Below are positions 26,604-36,384 of a stretch of 36,714 nt of DNA, one piece after another. Under the pieces are notes generated by a model. It ran no database searches, was not told the DNA's origin, and was given only the letters and a program-made list of their open reading frames with translations. Source of the DNA: a virus (lineage: Duplodnaviria; Heunggongvirae; Uroviricota; Caudoviricetes); IMG/VR virus record IMGVR_UViG_2547132418_000017. One strand, 5' to 3'. Numbering within the stretch: position 1 is the stretch's first letter; every line of letters begins with the position of its first letter. The position numbers were made by a program, and so were the translations under genes.

Positions 26604-27952
26604 TGGGCTGGGCTGAAAACCTGCAAAACGCCTCCTTTCGTGGCGTTCAGTTTGATGTACTGAACACGGATGAACAAATCAGCCGCGACCATGCGGTCTA
26701 TGAATACCCGTTTGTTGACGGGGCGGATTTGCACGACCTCGGGCGCAAGGCGCGACCGTTCCGCATGACGGCGTTCCTGTGGGGGGAGTATTACGAATAT
26801 AAACTCGAAAAGCTGATCGCCGCCCTGGACGAAGGCGGCGATGGTGAGCTGATTCACCCGGTTTATGGCTCCGTTCCGTCGGTGATTGTGACCGGCTACA
26901 GCATTCGCCATGACGCAGAAAGCCCGGACAGCTGCACCATCGACATGAGCTTTCTGGAGAATCGCACCGGCAGCGCGTTGTTCAGCACCCCGTTACCGGA
27001 GCTGTTTGCACAGCAGTTATTTGAAGAACTGGATAAGTTACTGGCACAGTTAAGCGAATTATTTGACGCTGTTACGGCCCCTTTAAAGACCATTAACAGC
27101 GTGATTAAAAAAATCCAGACGGTGCGTGCCACGCTGGTAAATACCCTGCTGACGTTCAAAAGTGATTCATTCTCCACAGTCGATAATGTTGTGTCACTGG
27201 CCAGCGAACCCGGAAAGTTTATCGGCGGGCTGGCAGAGGTGCTGGAAATCCACACGTCAGATGTCGGGCACGCGGTGCCGGTGCTGGAACGTACTGATTC
27301 CGCCACCACGACCGGGCTGACCGGAGAAGACAGCGTCGCCAGTTCTGCGACCGTGATGACCTGCTGGAATGAGGTGATGGCAGATATGGATGAGCTGGTC
27401 GCGCTGCCGGTCGCGCTGGTCAGCGGTGATAAAACGCCGTCTGTGGCACTTCCGCCGGATGCGTCCGTGGAAGACGTGCAGGATGTGAAAGCGGCTTATG
27501 CGGTTCTGGCGGCCTCAGAGCTGGCCAGCGTGGCGACGGCGATACTGTCCGATGAGGCCCAGTCAGAACAACTTATACCGGCGGATATCGGGCGACTGGT
27601 CGGGGATGTGCGCACCCGCTTACAGGCCGCCATCACGCTGTTCCGTGAACGCTATGAAGGCGAACGCGAACGGATAACCGAAACCGCATCACCACTGGGG
27701 CTGATGTACCCGGAAATCATTCAGAGCATGAAGAACGTGGCGGCATCCGTGCAGGATGTCGGCCTGCTGGTTCTGTCACGCCGCCCACCGCTGACGCAGA
27801 AACAGGTGCAGGCGGACAGCTGTCTGCTGTTGCTGGCGTGGCAGTGGTACGGTGATTACAGCCGTGCGGCAGAGCTGCAACGTCTGAACCCGCAGCTGCG
27901 TGCCCCGAACAACATAACCGCCGGGATGGTGATTAATGCCTACGCAAAATAA
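26603..27952 (+). CDS. DNA circularisation protein (Mu N-like), 449 aa
   Basis: Position directly after tape measure with ATG overlapping its stop. Confidence 0.65.
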   Translation: MGWAENLQNASFRGVQFDVLNTDEQISRDHAVYEYPFVDGADLHDLGRKARPFRMTAFLWGEYYEYKLEKLIAALDEGGDGELIHPVYGSVPSVIVTGYSIRHDAESPDSCTIDMSFLENRTGSALFSTPLPELFAQQLFEELDKLLAQLSELFDAVTAPLKTINSVIKKIQTVRATLVNTLLTFKSDSFSTVDNVVSLASEPGKFIGGLAEVLEIHTSDVGHAVPVLERTDSATTTGLTGEDSVASSATVMTCWNEVMADMDELVALPVALVSGDKTPSVALPPDASVEDVQDVKAAYAVLAASELASVATAILSDEAQSEQLIPADIGRLVGDVRTRLQAAITLFRERYEGERERITETASPLGLMYPEIIQSMKNVAASVQDVGLLVLSRRPPLTQKQVQADSCLLLLAWQWYGDYSRAAELQRLNPQLRAPNNITAGMVINAYAK

Positions 27953-29138
27953 CGACGACAAAATCAGACTGGTCATTGCCGGAAGGTCGCATTCTGACTG
28001 GAGCAGTTATCGTATTGACAGCGATTTCCTGAAAGCCGCCGACGGCTGGCAGCTTCAGCTGGGACTGCCTGAAAAGGTGTTCCCGGCGGATATCGTCCGG
28101 GGCGCGCCGGTCCGGTTGCAGGTGGGAGACGAGACGGTGCTCAGTGGTCGCGTGGACAGCGTGCGCCGCAGTGTATCCCGTCAGAGCTGCACGCTGACCC
28201 TGTCCGGGCGTGATGATGCCGCCATCCTGGTGGACTGTGCCGCACCGGTGTTCAGCGCCAACCAGCTGACACTTGATGAGGTCATCGACAGGATAGTCAG
28301 ACCGCTGGGGATACAGCGCATCCGTATTCAGGCGTCCGGTGTGTCACGTAATGACAAGGTCGTTATAGAGCCGGGGATGCGTGCGTGGGATGCACTGGCT
28401 AAAGCTGCCGCCGGTCGCGGCTTATGGCCGTGGTTTGAGCCTGACGGGACGCTGGTTGTGGGTGGCCCTGACTACACCACCACGCCGGTGGATACACTGA
28501 TTCTGAAGCTGGATGGCACCGGGAACAACGTGATGGAGCTGGACGATACCCGGTCCATTAACGGCTGTTTCTCCGAGCTGACGGTGCTGGCCCAGAGCCA
28601 CGCCCGCCGCGCAGACAGCAAGAAACAGGTGGCCGTGGTGCCGCTGGATATCTGGAACGAGGACGGCAGCGTGCGCACGTTATCCAGGCAGGGCAGCGGT
28701 AATACAGGCAGTGGTCAGACAGGCATTCATAACATGAAAGCCGTGGCCACCGACCCCACCGTGGATTATTACCGCCCGCAGATTATCACCCAGGGCGACA
28801 CCAGTAACATGGAGCAGGTGAACTGGCGCGCAAAAAAAATGATGAGTGATGCCCGCCTGTCGGGGCTGGATATCGTCGCACTGGTTGCAGGTCATCGCAC
28901 GGCGGATGGTGTTCTGTGGCAGCCCGGCCAGCGGGTGCGGATTGTCAGCGAACTCCACGGCATTGATGCCATCTTTTTCCTGATGGGGCGTGAGTTCAGC
29001 GGAGGCCGGAACGGGCAGACAACCCGGCTTCGCTTTAAGGAGGACGGCGTGTGGATACCTGACGCCTTCCCGCGCGAGAAGAAACGCCATCGCAAAAAGA
29101 AAAAAGAGGTCGCCATTGTTAAGGTCTGGGAGAAATGA
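27936..29138 (+). CDS. Tail/baseplate hub protein (Mu P-like), 400 aa
   Basis: Position and size; basic C-terminal tail KKRHRKKKKE. Confidence 0.65.
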   Translation: MPTQNNDDKIRLVIAGRSHSDWSSYRIDSDFLKAADGWQLQLGLPEKVFPADIVRGAPVRLQVGDETVLSGRVDSVRRSVSRQSCTLTLSGRDDAAILVDCAAPVFSANQLTLDEVIDRIVRPLGIQRIRIQASGVSRNDKVVIEPGMRAWDALAKAAAGRGLWPWFEPDGTLVVGGPDYTTTPVDTLILKLDGTGNNVMELDDTRSINGCFSELTVLAQSHARRADSKKQVAVVPLDIWNEDGSVRTLSRQGSGNTGSGQTGIHNMKAVATDPTVDYYRPQIITQGDTSNMEQVNWRAKKMMSDARLSGLDIVALVAGHRTADGVLWQPGQRVRIVSELHGIDAIFFLMGREFSGGRNGQTTRLRFKEDGVWIPDAFPREKKRHRKKKKEVAIVKVWEK

Positions 29139-29788
29139 TGTGGGACAAGGTTAATCAGCGCGTACAGCAGGCACTGGCCGCCGTTCGCCAGGCATTCAGG
29201 GTGGTGACCGGTACGGTGGATAGTTCGACCAAAGTACAGCTACTTCAGCTGAGCGGGCTGGCAGGCGAACAGCTGGACGGTGCGGAGTATTTTCAGCATT
29301 ACGGCCTCACCACATCCCCGCCGCCCGGCTCAATGGGTATTGCCGTTCCGCTGAACGGTAATACCTCCCATACCGTCGTCGTGGCCACCGAGCACGGCGC
29401 ATATCGCCTGACGGAACTGAAACCCGGCGAGGTGGCCCTGTATACCGACGAAGGCGCGAAAATTGTGCTGAAGCGCGGACGGGTTATTGAGCATGAATGT
29501 GATATTTTTCGCGTGAAATGCAAACGCTATGAGGTTGAGGCAGAGGAAAGCGCCGCATTCACGACACCGTTACTGACGGCCTGCGATAAGCTGACGGTGG
29601 AAGGTAAAATCACCGGCAACGGTGGCATGGCCATCAGTGGGGGCAAGAAATACGCCGCCACCTTTGAAGGCAACATCAACCATGTGGGTGGTGTGATTAC
29701 CTCCGTTGACGTCACCATTAATGGCGTTAAAATCGGAACGCACAAACACCCGACCCCACACGGCATGTCTGACACGCCGGTTAATTAA
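29135..29788 (+). CDS. Baseplate spike protein (gpV-like, Mu gp45 position), 217 aa
   Basis: Resembles P2 gpV-type baseplate spike proteins as recalled. Confidence 0.65.
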   Translation: MMWDKVNQRVQQALAAVRQAFRVVTGTVDSSTKVQLLQLSGLAGEQLDGAEYFQHYGLTTSPPPGSMGIAVPLNGNTSHTVVVATEHGAYRLTELKPGEVALYTDEGAKIVLKRGRVIEHECDIFRVKCKRYEVEAEESAAFTTPLLTACDKLTVEGKITGNGGMAISGGKKYAATFEGNINHVGGVITSVDVTINGVKIGTHKHPTPHGMSDTPVN

Positions 29789-29841
29789 GTGCTGAACACC
29801 CTCACCTGATTCTGACCTGTCCATGCTGCCAGACTGGCGGC

Positions 29842-30192
29842 ATGGACCAGACGATTTCACCTGCAACCGGCGACTACGAACGCCGCCGGATTTATACACT
29901 CCATAACTCGGTTTATCTGCGACTGGCGACACCGCTTGGCAGTTACTGGGCGGATACGTCGCTGGGGTCACGCCTGCACGAACTGAAGCGGGAAAAAGAC
30001 GTTTCCCGTGTTCACAGGCTGGCGGCGCAGTATGCCAGCCAGGCACTTCAGCCCCTGCTTGATGACGAGCGGGCAAAATCCATTACCGTTGACACGAAAG
30101 CGGGCCAGCGCGGCTGGCTGTTGCTGTTAATCACCGTCACGGATAACGCGGGCACACCGCAGACGTTTGAACACCCTGTGAGGATTATGTAA
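29842..30192 (+). CDS. Baseplate protein (Mu gp46-like), 116 aa
   Basis: Small ORF between spike and J-like baseplate gene. Confidence 0.55.
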   Translation: MDQTISPATGDYERRRIYTLHNSVYLRLATPLGSYWADTSLGSRLHELKREKDVSRVHRLAAQYASQALQPLLDDERAKSITVDTKAGQRGWLLLLITVTDNAGTPQTFEHPVRIM

Positions 30193-31271
30193 TGCCGTTT
30201 CCTGTTCCGGGCGTTGCTGAAAACACAGAACGCCAGCTACGTGATATCGCTAACGCTCTGCCGGGAGAAACCATAGATACCAGCGCAGACAGCGATTACC
30301 GCATTCGTGCCAATGCCGTATCCGGCGTGGCTGACGGGCTTTATATGCATCAGGGGTGGATACTCCGTCAGGTGTTTCCTGACACGGCAGACCCTGAATA
30401 TCTGGAGCTGCACTGCCGCACACGCAATGTTTTTCGTAAAAAAGCAACTGCCTCATCCGGTCAGGTGGTGATTACCGGCGCACCCGGTAAGACACTGCCA
30501 GCCGGTGCGGAAATTCGTGGTGAAGGTGTCAGCGTGGCCACCACAGCAGACTGCACCATCGGTGATGAAGGCAGCGCAGAGGTGACGGTAAAAAGCACCG
30601 CCACAGGTGCACAGACGAATGCATCCACGACGCAGACGGCAATGCTGGTCAGTCCGCCGGAAGGCATCAACAGCACGGTGACGATTAAATCCCTGACCGG
30701 CGGAACGGACAGGGAAAGCGACGCCGACCTGCTGGCGCGTTATCTGGATATTCTGCGCAGGCCGCCCGCTGGCGGTAACAAATATGATTACAAACGCTGG
30801 GCGCTGGAAGTGGATGGCGTTACGTCTGCGTATGTGGAGCCGTTGCGCCGTGGTCTGGGGACGGTTGATGTGGCCATTACGTCAGCCAATGACCTTCCCT
30901 CGCAGGAACTGATTAATGCCGTGCTGGCTCATATTGAGGAAGTCCGCCCGGTGACAGCGAAGGACATGATGGTACTGGCCCCGACGAAAAAAGCCGTTGA
31001 TTTCGTTGTCCGGGTAAAAACCAGCGGCCTGACCGTTGAGCAGATAAAACCGCAGATAACTGACGTTATCACGGATTTTATGAACCGACTGGAGCCGGGG
31101 CAGGAATTAATTATTTCACAACTGGAAACCCAGATTTCATTAATTTCCGGTGTCAGTGACCGGCGAATCATTACGCCAGCAGACAACGTAAAAGCCATTA
31201 TTAACGCGTCAACGTGGGAATGGCTGCGCCCCGGAAATATTGATATTCAGCCTTTTCCGCGTGAGGGGTGA
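30192..31271 (+). CDS. Baseplate J-like protein (Mu gp47-like), 359 aa
   Basis: Size and position; resembles baseplate J family. Confidence 0.75.
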   Translation: MPFPVPGVAENTERQLRDIANALPGETIDTSADSDYRIRANAVSGVADGLYMHQGWILRQVFPDTADPEYLELHCRTRNVFRKKATASSGQVVITGAPGKTLPAGAEIRGEGVSVATTADCTIGDEGSAEVTVKSTATGAQTNASTTQTAMLVSPPEGINSTVTIKSLTGGTDRESDADLLARYLDILRRPPAGGNKYDYKRWALEVDGVTSAYVEPLRRGLGTVDVAITSANDLPSQELINAVLAHIEEVRPVTAKDMMVLAPTKKAVDFVVRVKTSGLTVEQIKPQITDVITDFMNRLEPGQELIISQLETQISLISGVSDRRIITPADNVKAIINASTWEWLRPGNIDIQPFPREG

Positions 31272-31274
31272 TTC

Positions 31275-31847
31275 ATGAATATGGTCGATTTATTTCGCGC
31301 CATGCTGCCACCTGTCAGTTATGACCCGAACGGGAAATATATTTCCGCAGAACTGACCGCCGAGGCTGACGTCATGGAGGCCGTGAAGGCCTCAGCGGCG
31401 CGCGTTCTGGCACAAATCACCCCGTTGCAGGCATCGATGACGCTGTCCGACTGGGAGCGCGTGTACGGTGTTGTCCCCCGTGAAGGGGCAACACAACAGG
31501 AGCGGCGGCAGAATATTCTGGTAAAAATGGCAGCCACGGGCGGGCTGTCAATCCCTTACTTTAAGAGCCTTGCCGCCAGTCTGGGCTATACCATCACCAT
31601 TACGGAGCCGCGACCGTTCCGGGTGGGGATAAACCGCTGTGGTGACCATCTGCTGATACCGGAAATCCGCTGGGCGTGGCAGGTCAACGTTATCGGGACA
31701 AAAACACCGGTCTACCGGTTCAGAACGGGTGCATCGGCAACCGGTGAACCGCTGACGGCCTTCGGGGAATCCATTTTAGAAAACACGTTTAAAGACCTTA
31801 AACCGGCTTTTACAGACTGTTATTTCACGTATGAGGTGGAGGAATAA
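31275..31847 (+). CDS. Baseplate/tail protein (Mu gp48-like), 190 aa
   Basis: Position between J-like gene and tail fibre. Confidence 0.6.
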   Translation: MNMVDLFRAMLPPVSYDPNGKYISAELTAEADVMEAVKASAARVLAQITPLQASMTLSDWERVYGVVPREGATQQERRQNILVKMAATGGLSIPYFKSLAASLGYTITITEPRPFRVGINRCGDHLLIPEIRWAWQVNVIGTKTPVYRFRTGASATGEPLTAFGESILENTFKDLKPAFTDCYFTYEVEE

Positions 31848-32650
31848 TGCGGAATTTAATGCTCCCGGTGAATACGCCGGATAAGTTATTTCATGACGGT
31901 GACCCGACTCAGGGAATTGAGGGAACCATCGTTACTGCTGAATTTATGAATAATCATCAGGCGGCAACGCGTGATTTGCAGCAGGAGGTGATTAACGTCC
32001 TTAAAGAGGCCGGCGTCACCCCTGACCCGGAAAAACAAAACCAGCTGGTTGAGGCGCTGACCTCGTTTATTGGTCAGAAAGTCCCGGATGCATCACTGAC
32101 GCAAAAAGGCGTGGTGCAGCTTAACAGTGCTGTTAACAGTGAATCAGAAACAGAAGCAGCTACGCCAAAAGCGGTCAAGATTGCGATGGATAACGCAAAC
32201 GCCAGACTGGCAAAAGACCGTAACGGCGCAGACATCCCGAATAAACAATTGTTTCTGGATAACATCGGCGGTGCGCCGAAAACGCGCAAAATTAACAATA
32301 TGCCCCTGACGTCGGATATCACCATCAACAACATCGGCGGCAACGCCGGAACGGCAACCCGACTTCAGACGGCCCGCAGGATTAACAATGTGCTGTTTGA
32401 TGGCACCAGGGATATCACCATCAGTACCACCGATTCCGGCGCGGTGCGTAATTTTCAGTACACCAATGAGGTGTTTCACAACCCGGGTGGTAACGAAATC
32501 ACCTGGACGTTCCGCGCGCCTTCAGGCTGTCAGTTGTCGGGAATTTATGTCCAGGATACAGGAAGAGGTTCTGCGGATAACATCGGAGGTGTGTATTACA
32601 AACAAGCCCAGATTTATATCAATGGCGGATGGCGCGCGGTATCCGGCTAA
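31847..32650 (+). CDS. Tail fibre protein 1, 267 aa
   Basis: Contains the tail-fibre motif TQKGVVQLNSAVNSESETEAATPKAVK; followed by a tail fibre assembly gene. Confidence 0.75.
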   Translation: MRNLMLPVNTPDKLFHDGDPTQGIEGTIVTAEFMNNHQAATRDLQQEVINVLKEAGVTPDPEKQNQLVEALTSFIGQKVPDASLTQKGVVQLNSAVNSESETEAATPKAVKIAMDNANARLAKDRNGADIPNKQLFLDNIGGAPKTRKINNMPLTSDITINNIGGNAGTATRLQTARRINNVLFDGTRDITISTTDSGAVRNFQYTNEVFHNPGGNEITWTFRAPSGCQLSGIYVQDTGRGSADNIGGVYYKQAQIYINGGWRAVSG

Positions 32651-32664
32651 TTAAGGAGAAAATA

Positions 32665-33189
32665 ATGGAACTCAGAAACGTTTCGCGTTATTACCCGGAA
32701 GAGATGCCTTATGGTGAAAACATTCAGTATTTTCGCAGTGAAGACGGACAGGATTTTTATGAATCACTGGATAAATTCACGAAGAAATACAAATTGTGTA
32801 TTCACCCTGAAAGCGGCGTGATTTATTCAATGGCGGAAGACGTGTCCCGTCTTTATCCGGCTGGCTTCACCATTGTGGAAGTGGATGAACTGCCGGAAGA
32901 TTTTGGCATTGAAGCCAGCTGGTATTACAAAGACGGCGAAGTGCTGCCGGTTCCTGTTGATTACTCGCGACTGGCAGAAAAAAAACGCCAGAGCCTGCTG
33001 AATGAAGCGAAGGACATCACCTCAGACTGGAAAACCGAGCTGGAGCTGGGCACCATCAGCGACGATTACAAAGCCCGTCTTACGCAGTGGATGGCATATA
33101 TCAAAGCGGTAAAGGCGCTGGATTTAAGTCAGGTCAGTGACGAATCCTCCTTTTATTTAATTCAGTGGCCTGAAAAACCTGACGTGTAA
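32665..33189 (+). CDS. Tail fibre assembly chaperone 1 (Tfa/U-like), 174 aa
   Basis: ATG 32665 with SD AAGGAG; C-terminal LTQWMAYIKAVKALDLSQV...IQWPEKP typical of Tfa proteins. Confidence 0.8.
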   Translation: MELRNVSRYYPEEMPYGENIQYFRSEDGQDFYESLDKFTKKYKLCIHPESGVIYSMAEDVSRLYPAGFTIVEVDELPEDFGIEASWYYKDGEVLPVPVDYSRLAEKKRQSLLNEAKDITSDWKTELELGTISDDYKARLTQWMAYIKAVKALDLSQVSDESSFYLIQWPEKPDV

Positions 33190-33196
33190 AACAATA

Positions 33197-33222
33197 ACGG
33201 TCGCTGTCTGGCGACCGTTTTC
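33197..33222 (+). terminator. Rho-independent terminator between fibre module 1 and fibre module 2
   Basis: Stem ACGGTCGC / GCGACCGT (8 bp), loop TGTCTG, followed by TTTT. Confidence 0.6.
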
Positions 33223-33236
33223 AGTTCAGAGGCTTT

Positions 33237-36200
33237 ATGTCTGTATTAATTTCAGGTGCGCTGATTAATGGCGCTGGCGTTCCGATGGCGGAATGCAAAA
33301 TTTATTTAGATGCACTGGTTAATACCAGTGAAGTGGTTATTGAATCATTTGCGGTTATTGAAACCGATGCGGCGGGACAGTATGCCTTTGAAGCACAAAA
33401 AGGCAAATACACCGTACACATCAAGCAAAAGAACGGCCCTAAGTGCTGTGTGGGTGACATTTCGGTTTACGAAGATTCAAAGCCCGGCACGCTGAACGAC
33501 TTTCTGACTGCCCTTGATGAAGGCGATTTAAAGCCGGATGTAGTGAAACGCTTTGAGGAAATGGTGGCGCAGGCGCAGCAGAGCGCGGAAGCGGCAGCGA
33601 AAAGCGAACAACTGGCCGGGCAACACGTCGCTGATGCGCAGAAGATAAAGGCAGACTGTCAGACGCTGGCGGATAACGTAGCGCAGAACGCAGAAGACGT
33701 TGCTGAAGACAAAAAGCAGGTGGCGCTGCTGGCATCATCTGCCACACAGGATGCGGCCCGCGCAGAGCAGGCGGTCAAAGATGCCGACACGATAGTCCAG
33801 AAAGCGGTCGATAAACTCGGTGAAGCCGCAACGCTGAGCGGCGAGGCAAAGGCCAGTGCAGAAGCGGCAGCAAAAAGCGAGCAGGGCGCAAAACAGCACA
33901 GGGACGAGGCGCAACGGATAGTTGATGACCTGAAGGGAAGCAGTGCTTCCACGACAGAAAAAGGCCTGGTGCAACTCTGTAGTGATACGGACAACGACAG
34001 CGAAGAACTGGCAGCCACACCGAAGGCCGTCAAAACCGTCATGGACGAGACGAAAACAAAAGCGCCGCTGGACAGCCCGGCATTCACCGGCACGCCCACC
34101 ACACCAACCCCACCGGACGATGCTGCCGGTCTGGAAACAGCGAACGCGGCATTTGTCCGCAAACTGCTCGCTGCACTGGTTGACTCGTCACCGGAGGCCC
34201 TGGACACGCTGAACGAGCTGGCAGCGGCGCTGGGAAATGACCCGAATTTTGCGACGACAGTCACCAAAGCACTGGCAGGTAAACAGCCACTCAGTGACGT
34301 GTTAACCGCAATCAGTAATCTGGAAGAACGGGCAGATAATCTTCTGTGCTTTAATCAGGACGGAAATGCTTCACTGTCTCCACTGTCAGAAAAAGCCCGG
34401 TCACTGCTGGCACAGGCCACAGTGGAAGCTATGCGCAATGAGCTTGAGCTGAAAAGCGCAGCGGTAATGGATATTCAGACAGACATTCACGACAGCACGA
34501 AAGGCCGCATTGCGCTTCCCGGTGCGTATGGTTACGGAATGACGGACGCCGGAGCGCGTTCAATTATTGCCAGCGATATGGCGACTGTAGCCAGAACCGC
34601 TCACAACCTGCACCCGGGACGCTATTACACCTTTGCCACACGAACGGAAGAAACAACCGGGATAACAGAAATTATCTGGCTGGATAATGGCCGGGCCGAC
34701 AAAACCAGCCAGACAGCAACAAAGCTGGTTCTGTTTTTTGGAAAAGACGGACGGATTCTTATGACCGTTCGTGGCGATAATATCTCCGCCCCGGTCACCT
34801 GGACGAATCTGACGCCACAACTTGGCAATGCAGCACAGAAGGATGCGCAGGAGAATATTTACGACCGCACCGAAGGCCGTCTGGCGATTCCCGGCATGTT
34901 TGGATTCGGGAAAGTATTTTTCATCGGCGACAGGACCGAGTTTAAAACAGAGGCCGATTTTCTCCGCTGGGTAAAAACGGCAAATCCCGGACGCTATGCC
35001 GTTTATGCAGATACAAATGCGGTAATACAGGGCGTGCTGTTCAAGGGTACCGTTGAAATTATCTGGCCGGAACCTCAAATCAGCCATGATACGGCATATG
35101 TGGCCAAAATCATTATTTTTTACGGTATTAACGGCCATATTTATTACAATCGCTACTGGACTACCGGAGATGGTTATCTGGTTGGCTGGGAAAACCTGAA
35201 GGTTGATGAGGCTTCACTCCGGGCACTGATTGAAACCCGCGCGCCACTGAACAGCCCGGCACTGACCGGAACGCCGTCCACGCCAACACCACAGGATGAT
35301 GCAGCAGGCACTGAAATAGCCAATGCGGCGTTTGTCCGCAAACTGCTCGCCACGCTGGTTGGCTCATCACCGGAAGCCCTGGACACGCTGAACGAGCTGG
35401 CAGCGGCACTGGGCAATGACCCGAACTTTGCGACAACCGTCACTAATGCACTGGCAGGTAAACAGCCGCTTAATGACGTGTTAACGGCTGTCAGCAAGAT
35501 AACACCGGAAGAAAACACACTGCCCTATTTCAGTGCAGATGGCAGGATTTTACTGGCGCAGTTGTCAGAAAAAGCCCGCGCATTACTGGCACTGGACACA
35601 CCTGAAGCCATGCGCACGGAGCTTGAACTGAAAGCGGCTGCGACGATGGAACCCCAGAGCGATATCCGTGACCGCACACCGGGCAGACTGGCGCTGTCCG
35701 GCATGCATGGCTTTGGTCAGGCATTCAGCAGTGCCGACGCTCTGACATTTAACGGGCAGGCCGATTTTGTTGAATGGCTGAAAAAGGCCGCCCCGGGGCG
35801 TTATGCGGTCAGTATTGCGGACTCTTCCATGCTGCTGGTTGGCACCAAGAAATTTAACGGCACCATTGATGTGATGTGGTCGCCCTTTGATAACGATGAG
35901 TCGGACACAATACGAAAATTCAAAACACTGCTGTGTTTTAACCAGTATTACGAAGGTGAGCATAGTATTCATTTCCTGACTTACCGCTTTAGTGGAAACA
36001 ACTGGAATGCAACAGTAAGCCCTGTCATTTACGACGGCGATTCGCTGGCGTTCTTACTGTCCCGGACAGCAGGCTCAGGCTCATATTTCAAATACCCGGC
36101 AGTGGGTGTTCCAGTGCTGGCTGTTTATCGCGGAACAACTTTCGGGGATAAAGAAATCAATATTGGCCTGGGTGATGTGGTGCAGGGGTCACAACTGGGC

Positions 36201-36371
36201 GGAGTTAATCTTTCGTGCTTAATATCTTCTGCTGGGGTTGGCTCCTACAATTCCGCACCGAGTGCAGGAGCTACAGGGTACACTTTCCCGGGGCGTTATA
36301 TGGCGCTATCCGGGGTCAGGGACTCTAAAGGAATAACCGGTCGTATCTGCCTGTTTGTGCGCATCGAGTAA
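33237..36371 (+). CDS. Large side-tail-fibre-like protein with internally duplicated Stf-like module, 1044 aa
   Basis: Two copies of ...SPA(F/L)TGTP(T/S)TPTP.DDAAG.E.ANAAFVRKLLA...SPEALDTLNELAAALGNDPNFATTVT.ALAGKQP..., resembling the conserved region of lambda Stf; N-terminal Ala/Lys-rich region. Confidence 0.85.
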   Translation: MSVLISGALINGAGVPMAECKIYLDALVNTSEVVIESFAVIETDAAGQYAFEAQKGKYTVHIKQKNGPKCCVGDISVYEDSKPGTLNDFLTALDEGDLKPDVVKRFEEMVAQAQQSAEAAAKSEQLAGQHVADAQKIKADCQTLADNVAQNAEDVAEDKKQVALLASSATQDAARAEQAVKDADTIVQKAVDKLGEAATLSGEAKASAEAAAKSEQGAKQHRDEAQRIVDDLKGSSASTTEKGLVQLCSDTDNDSEELAATPKAVKTVMDETKTKAPLDSPAFTGTPTTPTPPDDAAGLETANAAFVRKLLAALVDSSPEALDTLNELAAALGNDPNFATTVTKALAGKQPLSDVLTAISNLEERADNLLCFNQDGNASLSPLSEKARSLLAQATVEAMRNELELKSAAVMDIQTDIHDSTKGRIALPGAYGYGMTDAGARSIIASDMATVARTAHNLHPGRYYTFATRTEETTGITEIIWLDNGRADKTSQTATKLVLFFGKDGRILMTVRGDNISAPVTWTNLTPQLGNAAQKDAQENIYDRTEGRLAIPGMFGFGKVFFIGDRTEFKTEADFLRWVKTANPGRYAVYADTNAVIQGVLFKGTVEIIWPEPQISHDTAYVAKIIIFYGINGHIYYNRYWTTGDGYLVGWENLKVDEASLRALIETRAPLNSPALTGTPSTPTPQDDAAGTEIANAAFVRKLLATLVGSSPEALDTLNELAAALGNDPNFATTVTNALAGKQPLNDVLTAVSKITPEENTLPYFSADGRILLAQLSEKARALLALDTPEAMRTELELKAAATMEPQSDIRDRTPGRLALSGMHGFGQAFSSADALTFNGQADFVEWLKKAAPGRYAVSIADSSMLLVGTKKFNGTIDVMWSPFDNDESDTIRKFKTLLCFNQYYEGEHSIHFLTYRFSGNNWNATVSPVIYDGDSLAFLLSRTAGSGSYFKYPAVGVPVLAVYRGTTFGDKEINIGLGDVVQGSQLGGVNLSCLISSAGVGSYNSAPSAGATGYTFPGRYMALSGVRDSKGITGRICLFVRIE

Positions 36372-36384
36372 CGGGGAATAAAAC

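Noticed and set aside
33659-34267. 202-aa minus-strand ORF inside the large fibre gene
   Set aside because: Antisense to the Ala-rich fibre shaft; low-complexity Ser/Ala-rich translation; no independent evidence.
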